IMG/VR virus record: IMGVR_UViG_2675903433_000007
Span: 1-6,820 of that record
DNA length: 6,820 nt
Origin: a virus
Lineage: Duplodnaviria > Heunggongvirae > Uroviricota > Caudoviricetes
Reading direction: 5' to 3' (one strand)
A program made the translations under genes and the position numbers. Position 1 is the stretch's first letter. Each line of letters begins with the position of its first letter. The notes below the pieces were generated by a model. That model was not told the origin of the DNA. It was given only the letters and a program-made list of their open reading frames with translations, and did not search any database. Shown piece by piece: positions 1 to 4,678 of this stretch.

Positions 1-102
1 CGCGTGGAGATAATCGAACCCACACAGAATATGGCCATCAGCGACATACAGGCGGCGCGCTGTGAGTCATTCACCATCAGCGAAGGTGGGCGCAATGAGT
101 AA
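1..102 (+). CDS. C-terminal fragment of a baseplate assembly protein (P2 gpJ-like), partial at window start
   Basis: Frame 1 is open from base 1 to TAA at 100-102 (…ISEGGRNE*). The stop overlaps the start of the next gene (ATGAGTAA), as in coupled tail operons, and a J-like gene is expected just upstream of a gpI-like gene. Called from position and synteny only; the 33 aa are too short to recognise. Confidence 0.5.
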   Translation, partial: RVEIIEPTQNMAISDIQAARCESFTISEGGRNE

Positions 103-703
103 TTCGTTGTTACCACCATCAGCCAGTAATTTCATGCGTTGTGCCGAAGCCGTCGGAACACGCATTACAGACATTCCGGTAGACCTCAACACGCTGTGGT
201 CGCCGGACACCTGCCCGGTGCATCTGCTGCCTTATCTCGCCTGGGCGTTTTCCGTTGACCGTTGGGATCGCAACTGGCCGGAAGAGACAAAGCGACAGGT
301 GATTCGTGATGCATGGCTGATACACCGACACAAAGGGACCATCAGCGCACTGCGAAGAGCCGTGGAGCCTCTCGGCTACCTGATTGAAGTAAAGGAGTGG
401 TGGCAACTCAACGAGGAGCCAGGAACATTTCGCATTGTTGTCGGAGTACTTGATCAGGGCATCACCGATGAAATGTATCAGGAACTTGAGCGCCTTATTG
501 CGGATGCAAAACCAGTAAGTCGCCATCTGACGGGGCTGGCGATCAGCCTGAGTGTGAACGGAAAGATTTTCGTTGGTACGGGATGCTATCACGGCGATGC
601 CCTGACGGTTTATCCCTACACCCCGGAGTCCATTATTGTCGAAGGGGATTATTTCCCGGCCTCGGCCATTCATTTAATTGATAACCTGAGAGTAAACGCA
701 TGA
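95..703 (+). CDS. Phage tail protein I (P2 gpI-like baseplate protein)
   Basis: ORF 62-703, with the likely start at the ATG at 95 (MSNSLLPP…) overlapping the upstream stop. Motifs [41 protein letters not shown] and [14 protein letters not shown] match my recollection of the P2 gpI family. The stop overlaps the next start (ATGA at 700-703). Confidence 0.85.
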   Translation: MSNSLLPPSASNFMRCAEAVGTRITDIPVDLNTLWSPDTCPVHLLPYLAWAFSVDRWDRNWPEETKRQVIRDAWLIHRHKGTISALRRAVEPLGYLIEVKEWWQLNEEPGTFRIVVGVLDQGITDEMYQELERLIADAKPVSRHLTGLAISLSVNGKIFVGTGCYHGDALTVYPYTPESIIVEGDYFPASAIHLIDNLRVNA

Positions 704-1878
704 CAGTGAAATACTACGCCATTTTGACTAATCAGGGCGCAGCACGGCTGGCTAACGCGACGATGCTCGGCAGTAAGCTGAATCTGACGCAAATGGCCGT
801 TGGTGATGCGAATGGTGTCTTGCCGACACCAGACCCGGCACAGACAAAACTGATTAACCAGAAACGCATCGCGCCGCTGAATCTTCTGAGTGTTGACCCG
901 AACAACCAGAGCCAGATTATTGCGGAGCAAATCATCCCTGAGAACGAGGGCGGATTCTGGATCCGTGAGATTGGGCTTTATGATGATGAAGGCGTACTCA
1001 TTGCGGTGGCGAACTGCCCGGAAACGTACAAACCGCAGTTGCAGGAAGGCAGTGGTCGTACCCAGACTATCCGCATGATTCTGGTTGTCACGAATACCGA
1101 ATCTATCACGCTGAAAATCGACCCGTCGGTGGTACTGGCGACCCGTAAATATGTGGATGATGAAGTCCTGGAATTAAGGCTGTATGTGGATGACCAGATG
1201 AGAAACCACATTGCCGCACAGGATCCTCATACACAGTATGCGCAGAAACATAATCCGACATTTACCGGAGAACCAAAAGCGCCGACGCCTGCCGCAGGAA
1301 ATAACACCACGCGGATTGCGACCACTGCGTTTGTTCAGGACGCTATTACCGCTCTGATTAACGGTGCGCCAGCCACGCTGGACACACTGAAAGAAATTGC
1401 CGCAGCCATTAACAATGACCCGAAATTCAGTACCACCATTAACAATGCGCTGTCAGGTAAGCAGCCACTGGATGAGACGCTGACTCATTTGAGTGGAAAG
1501 GATGTAGCTGGTCTTCTCACATACCTTGGTTTGGGAGAAGCGGCAAAAAGGAATGTGGGGACAGGGACGAATCAGATACCTGATATGGGTAGCTTCACGC
1601 TTTCTGTTTCAGGTACTGGATATCAAAAATTACCATCTGGTTTTATTCTTCAGTGGGGCTCAATCGGCGCACCAGGCATTGCACAGGATGTGGTAACCCA
1701 TTTCCCGATTGCATTTCCAAACAGATGTCTGCGTGTTTTGGTCTCACAAGACTACACACCAGATAGCGGGGCTGTTGGTTATATTGCCTGTGCAGGTTTT
1801 AGTCCCGACCCGGTTAAATTTATATCCAGAGCCAGTAATCCTGGCCTCGGCGCTTCATTTTTAGCGTTAGGCTGTTAA
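700..1878 (+). CDS. Tail fiber protein: constant N-terminal part (about aa 1-275) fused to variable C-terminal tip A (about 1527-1878) in the present orientation
   Basis: The N-terminus (MAVGDANG…, [85 protein letters not shown]) resembles P2 gpH / Mu S constant regions. The conserved junction motif TYLGLGE lies exactly on the left crossover site. The C-terminal about 117 aa (…[15 protein letters not shown]…) looks like a prophage tail-fibre C-terminal tip. Confidence 0.85.
   Translation: MTVKYYAILTNQGAARLANATMLGSKLNLTQMAVGDANGVLPTPDPAQTKLINQKRIAPLNLLSVDPNNQSQIIAEQIIPENEGGFWIREIGLYDDEGVLIAVANCPETYKPQLQEGSGRTQTIRMILVVTNTESITLKIDPSVVLATRKYVDDEVLELRLYVDDQMRNHIAAQDPHTQYAQKHNPTFTGEPKAPTPAAGNNTTRIATTAFVQDAITALINGAPATLDTLKEIAAAINNDPKFSTTINNALSGKQPLDETLTHLSGKDVAGLLTYLGLGEAAKRNVGTGTNQIPDMGSFTLSVSGTGYQKLPSGFILQWGSIGAPGIAQDVVTHFPIAFPNRCLRVLVSQDYTPDSGAVGYIACAGFSPDPVKFISRASNPGLGASFLALGC
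1514..1539. other. Left recombination (crossover) site of the inversion system, inside the tail fiber gene
   Basis: The 26-bp imperfect palindrome TTCTCACATACC-TT-GGTTTGGGAGAA matches the gix/cix/pix/hix pattern as I recall it (TTCTC…AAACC NN GGTTT…GAGAA). Its inner 15 bp (1526-1540) are a perfect inverted repeat of 3438-3452. Confidence 0.75.
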
Positions 1879-1899
1879 TTTAGCTATATGGAGTGAAAA

Positions 1900-2340
1900 A
1901 TGAATTACATATATTCCGCGACTACAAACTCTTTCTATCCGCTGGAGATGAAAGAGGATTACACTCAAGCTGACTCATGGCCAGATGATGCTGTTGAAGT
2001 TGATGAGCAAGTGTATATTGAGTTTTCCGGATTACCGCCGAAAGGAAAAATCCGTATCGCTGGGGAAAATGGTTTTCCTGCATGGTCTGAAATTCCACCA
2101 CCAACGCATGAGGAACAGATTGCCGCAGCCGAATTGAAAAAACAGCAATTGATTAATCAGTCCAACGAATATATGAATACCAAGCAATGGCCTGGTAAAG
2201 CGGCTATTGGTCGTCTGAAAGGTGAGGAACTGGCGCAATATAATTTGTGGCTGGATTATCTGGACGCACTGGAACTGGTTGATACCTCCAGTGCTCCAGA
2301 TATTGAATGGCCTACGCCTCCGGCAGTTCAGGCCAGATGA
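1900..2340 (+). CDS. Tail fiber assembly protein / chaperone for tip A (Mu U / P2 G / Tfa family)
   Basis: 146-aa ORF directly downstream of the fiber gene, with an RBS-like GGAGTG before the ATG at 1900. The C-terminal motif LWLDYLDALELVDTSSAPDIEWPTPP is typical of phage tail-fiber assembly proteins. Confidence 0.8.
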   Translation: MNYIYSATTNSFYPLEMKEDYTQADSWPDDAVEVDEQVYIEFSGLPPKGKIRIAGENGFPAWSEIPPPTHEEQIAAAELKKQQLINQSNEYMNTKQWPGKAAIGRLKGEELAQYNLWLDYLDALELVDTSSAPDIEWPTPPAVQAR

Positions 2341-2917
2341 CATCCGGCGCGGTGCTGGTATCTGTTGCCGTCACCGCGTCAATGTAATCCAGCGCAGCGT
2401 TAAGTCGGGCGGTTTCTGCCTGCGTCAGATTCCGTCCGGCCTGCAATTTCAGCTGAATCAGACTAATGGAAGCCATTGCAGTATCAATCAGTGACTGACG
2501 CTGTGCTTCTGCCGCGCCTACTGCGGCGCTATGCTGTGCCACAGTATCTGTTACCCATTTCTCACCATCCCATTCATCGTATGGCGTTAACGGGGCGATA
2601 GTGGTTGTATTTTCAGGATAATCACCCGGAGCTGTGATTTCTTTCGATTCTCCTGTTTCGGTGCTATAGATGATTTCACCGCGATGGTCTGGCACATATT
2701 CCCATGAGTTTAAATCTGCCGAACGGCAGATTGCATAACCAGCCTTATGTGTGCCAGGAGCATCTAAACAGGAATATGCAGGGATACCGACACCCACAGC
2801 AAGATATTCAGTTGATGCAGAAATATACTCCCGTGTCTCACTGTCATAGTTATAAACGGTAATCTCTCCTGTCTTTGTGGCAATAAATTTACTATTCAAG
2901 ATGGCGTTATACATCAT
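2312..2917 (-). CDS. Tail fiber assembly protein / chaperone for tip B (U'-like)
   Basis: 201-aa ORF on the - strand. Its C-terminus (LNAALDYIDAVTATDTSTAPDVIWPELP) parallels the C-terminus of the + strand chaperone. Its start overlaps the stop of the upstream - strand fiber tip (ATGA at 2914-2917). Confidence 0.8.
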   Translation of the reverse strand: MMYNAILNSKFIATKTGEITVYNYDSETREYISASTEYLAVGVGIPAYSCLDAPGTHKAGYAICRSADLNSWEYVPDHRGEIIYSTETGESKEITAPGDYPENTTTIAPLTPYDEWDGEKWVTDTVAQHSAAVGAAEAQRQSLIDTAMASISLIQLKLQAGRNLTQAETARLNAALDYIDAVTATDTSTAPDVIWPELPEA

Positions 2918-3452
2918 GCAGCCCTCACAATGTAATTAAATGAAATATTACGTGGGCGTGTCTCTGCTGCACCGACAATACTGGTACTCAACCCCGTCGC
3001 TGTTCGTTTGTTATTTTTATTTCCTTCAATCAGACAGTTGTAATCATCATTACCAATTAACGAATTAGTGGCATCAATACCGTCCGGGGACAAGGCATTA
3101 GTTGTAGAACTTAAAGTCAGCATCTCGTCTGAACTTGGAAGATTTTTTAATGGTATTTCATTGCGAGAAATACCCGCGTAAAAAAAGGACTCATGCCTGT
3201 GCGCTTCAAAAGAGTCATCCTGAAGACTTAGCAAGGCACGTCCCGCATCCACCCCGCGCCCGTCATCCCAGCCACGAATAAACTCACCACGTAAATCAGG
3301 CAATTTATTTGTCGGATAAGCCTTTGCCAGTTCCGGGTATTCTTCAGCAGAAAAAGCCGCACCGTTGCATTTCAGCCAGCCTGTTGGCGGAGTGGCGGAA
3401 GGCCACGGAACAGGCACGCCAACGGGTAATGCCGAACCTTCTCCCAAACCAA
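2914..3452 (-). CDS. Alternative tail fiber C-terminal segment (tip B), promoterless and start-less in this orientation; would fuse to the constant part after inversion
   Basis: The - strand frame is open from the right crossover site through NVGLGEGSALPVGVPVPWPSATPPTGWLKCNGAAFSAEEYPELAKAY…LPDLRGEFIRGW to the stop at 2914-2916. The GLGE junction motif is shared with the + strand fiber, and the following sequence resembles the phage tail collar domain. The ORF-track Met start at 3504 is not a real start. Confidence 0.75.
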
Positions 3453-3464
3453 CGTTTTCGTTTT
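3439..3464. other. Right recombination (crossover) site, immediately upstream of the invertase gene
   Basis: TTCTCCCAAACC-AA-CGTTTTCGTTTT. The inner half-site is the exact reverse complement of the left site's inner half (GGTTTGGGAGAA). The central dinucleotide is AA here and TT at the left site, i.e. identical in inverted orientation. The outer half-site is degenerate. Confidence 0.7.
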
Positions 3465-3518
3465 TATCCCTACCTATACCAACTATGTATTTTTCACGAA
3501 ACAAAGAGGATGTTTTTT

Positions 3519-4151
3519 ATGCAAATTGGCTATATTCGTGTGTCAACAAATGACCAGAACACGGATTTACAACGCAATGCACTGAACTGCGCAGGATGTG
3601 AACTGATTTTTGAAGATAAAATCAGCGGAACGAAATCAGCCAGACCGGGATTGAAAAAACTGCTCAGAACGCTATCAGAAGGAGATACGCTGGTTGTCTG
3701 GAAGCTGGACAGACTGGGCAGAAGTATGAAACACCTGATCACGCTTATTGAGGAATTGCGGGAAAAAGGTGTTAATTTCCGTAGTCTGACGGACAGCATT
3801 GACACATCAACACCCATGGGGCGTTTCTTTTTTCACGTCATGGGGGCTTTAGCCGAAATGGAACGTGAATTAATTGTAGAGCGTACACTGGCCGGGCTGG
3901 CAGCAGCACGCGCACAAGGACGCATTGGCGGACGTCGCCCGAAGTTGACAAAAGAACAACACGGACGTCGCCCGAAGTTGACAAAAGAACAACACGAACA
4001 AATAGCGAGGCTGATTAAAAACGGTCATGACAGGAAACAACTGGCGATCATTTACGACATCGGCATATCGACGATTTATCGTTATCACCCTGTAGGCGAT
4101 ATACAGGCTGAAGAAACAACCAGGCAGACTCAGGAAAATGAAAACCGCTAA
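3519..4151 (+). CDS. Site-specific DNA invertase, small serine recombinase of the Gin/Hin/Cin/Pin family; carries an 11-aa in-frame duplication
   Basis: Start ATG at 3519 is preceded by AAAGAGGA (3503-3510). MQIGYIRVSTNDQNTDLQRNAL…LVVWKLDRLGRSMKHLI…FRSLTDSIDTSTPMGRFFFHVMGALAEMERELIVERT…GRIGGRRPKLT…QLAIIYDIGISTIYRYHP carries the resolvase/invertase catalytic-serine motif and a Hin-like C-terminal helix-turn-helix. The ORF-track extension back to 3309 has no RBS and overlaps the fiber tip. Confidence 0.9.
   Translation: MQIGYIRVSTNDQNTDLQRNALNCAGCELIFEDKISGTKSARPGLKKLLRTLSEGDTLVVWKLDRLGRSMKHLITLIEELREKGVNFRSLTDSIDTSTPMGRFFFHVMGALAEMERELIVERTLAGLAAARAQGRIGGRRPKLTKEQHGRRPKLTKEQHEQIARLIKNGHDRKQLAIIYDIGISTIYRYHPVGDIQAEETTRQTQENENR
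3930..3995 (+). repeat. Perfect tandem direct duplication, 2 x 33 bp (GGACGTCGCCCGAAGTTGACAAAAGAACAACAC), in frame within the invertase gene
   Basis: 3930-3962 and 3963-3995 are identical by direct reading. The translation is GRRPKLTKEQH-GRRPKLTKEQH. Unit boundaries are ambiguous by a few bases. Confidence 0.9.
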
Positions 4152-4170
4152 TCTGACCATTAGCGGTTTT
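4141..4170. terminator. Putative bidirectional rho-independent terminator between convergent invertase and tail protein U genes
   Basis: Perfect 12-bp stem AAAACCGCTAAT / ATTAGCGGTTTT with a 6-nt loop CTGACC. It has a T-run on the + strand and, via the AAAA at 4141-4144, a U-run on the - strand transcript. It overlaps the invertase stop codon (TAA at 4149-4151). Confidence 0.6.
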
Positions 4171-4177
4171 GCGTTAA

Positions 4178-4666
4178 TCAAAACAGCCCTTTAACGGAGC
4201 TGGCCGCGCTGTTAAGGGATGATGTGACCTTATCTTTGAAGCCGGACAGCATATCACTGAACGATGAGGATTGCAGGCGCTCCCGCAAATCCTCATCACA
4301 GCGTTCAAGGGTCAGTGAAAATTCTATCTTTTTCGCCTTACCGTAGCGATCAAACTCGGAGCGGGTCGTATTCGTTTCAGTCAGTACATACATGCCGTAA
4401 ATCTGCCCGACACCATCAATCAGAGGCCAGGGGCGTCCTGTATATGCCTGCGTGGTCAGCAACGAAAGCGACACTTCGCCACCTGTAATTTCAGGATAAA
4501 GCACACCAGAAAGAACGATGCGATCATCACCTGCACCGATATACTGCCAGCTTGCTGAACGGTTAACGCGTTCATTTTTCACATGCCGCCAGCTTTTGTT
4601 TTGCTGTAACTGCTGATGCGGCAGCGTGCGCAGCTCAAAAACAAACATGCCGTAGATCATCATCAT
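4178..4666 (-). CDS. Phage tail protein U (P2 gpU-like)
   Basis: MMMIYGMFVFELRTLPHQQLQ…RVNR…IVLSGVLYPEITGG…WPLIDGVGQIYGMYVLTET…KKIEFSLTLER matches my recollection of P2 gpU-like proteins. The ATG at 4666 is preferred over 4672 because the RBS GAGGAG (complement of 4675-4680) is only 2 nt from 4672 but 8 nt from 4666. Confidence 0.8.
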   Translation of the reverse strand: MMMIYGMFVFELRTLPHQQLQQNKSWRHVKNERVNRSASWQYIGAGDDRIVLSGVLYPEITGGEVSLSLLTTQAYTGRPWPLIDGVGQIYGMYVLTETNTTRSEFDRYGKAKKIEFSLTLERCDEDLRERLQSSSFSDMLSGFKDKVTSSLNSAASSVKGLF

Positions 4667-4678
4667 GGCCATGACTCC

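Larger units (their letters stand above)
1527..3451. mobile_element. Invertible DNA segment (G/C/P-segment-like, about 1.9 kb) carrying two alternative fiber tips and two tail-fiber assembly genes
   Basis: Bounded by inverted crossover sites at 1514-1539 and 3439-3464. It holds convergent tip-plus-chaperone gene pairs on opposite strands with a serine invertase gene immediately adjacent. Reading frame is preserved across the crossover dinucleotide: CTT-GGT-TTG-GGA-GAA on + and GTT-GGT-TTG-GGA-GAA on the - strand of the right site. Confidence 0.75.

Noticed and set aside
62-94. N-terminal extension of the gpI ORF (MSHSPSAKVGA…) starting at 62
   Set aside because: It lies inside the upstream gene's coding frame. 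The ATG at 95 overlaps the upstream stop (ATGAGTAA), which is the typical coupled start.
119-673. 184-aa - strand ORF antisense to the gpI gene
   Set aside because: It is entirely embedded antisense in a well-supported gene, with no recognisable motifs and an Arg/Gly-rich low-complexity translation typical of a shadow ORF.
732-1211. Small ORFs (67, 62 and 77 aa) overlapping the constant part of the tail fiber gene
   Set aside because: They are out-of-frame or antisense overlaps of a strongly supported gene, with no RBS context.
2032-2494. ORFs at 2032-2343 (-) and 2222-2494 (+) overlapping the two chaperone genes
   Set aside because: They are antisense shadow ORFs of the chaperone genes; their Trp/Arg-rich translations are not protein-like.
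3309-3518. Upstream extension of the invertase ORF (MSDKPLPVPG…) giving a 280-aa protein
   Set aside because: The conserved invertase N-terminus (MQIGYIRVSTNDQ) begins at 3519 with a good RBS. The extension overlaps the - strand fiber tip and the crossover site and is not part of known invertases.
3464-3518. Confident sigma70 promoter call for the invertase (for example a TATGTA -10-like hexamer at 3484-3489)
   Set aside because: The -10-like hexamer has no convincing -35 partner at proper spacing. A promoter probably exists here but cannot be placed from sequence alone.
3530-4181. - strand ORFs (95 and 103 aa) antisense within the invertase gene
   Set aside because: They are embedded antisense to a highly conserved gene, are Ser/Leu/Phe-rich, and have no independent support.
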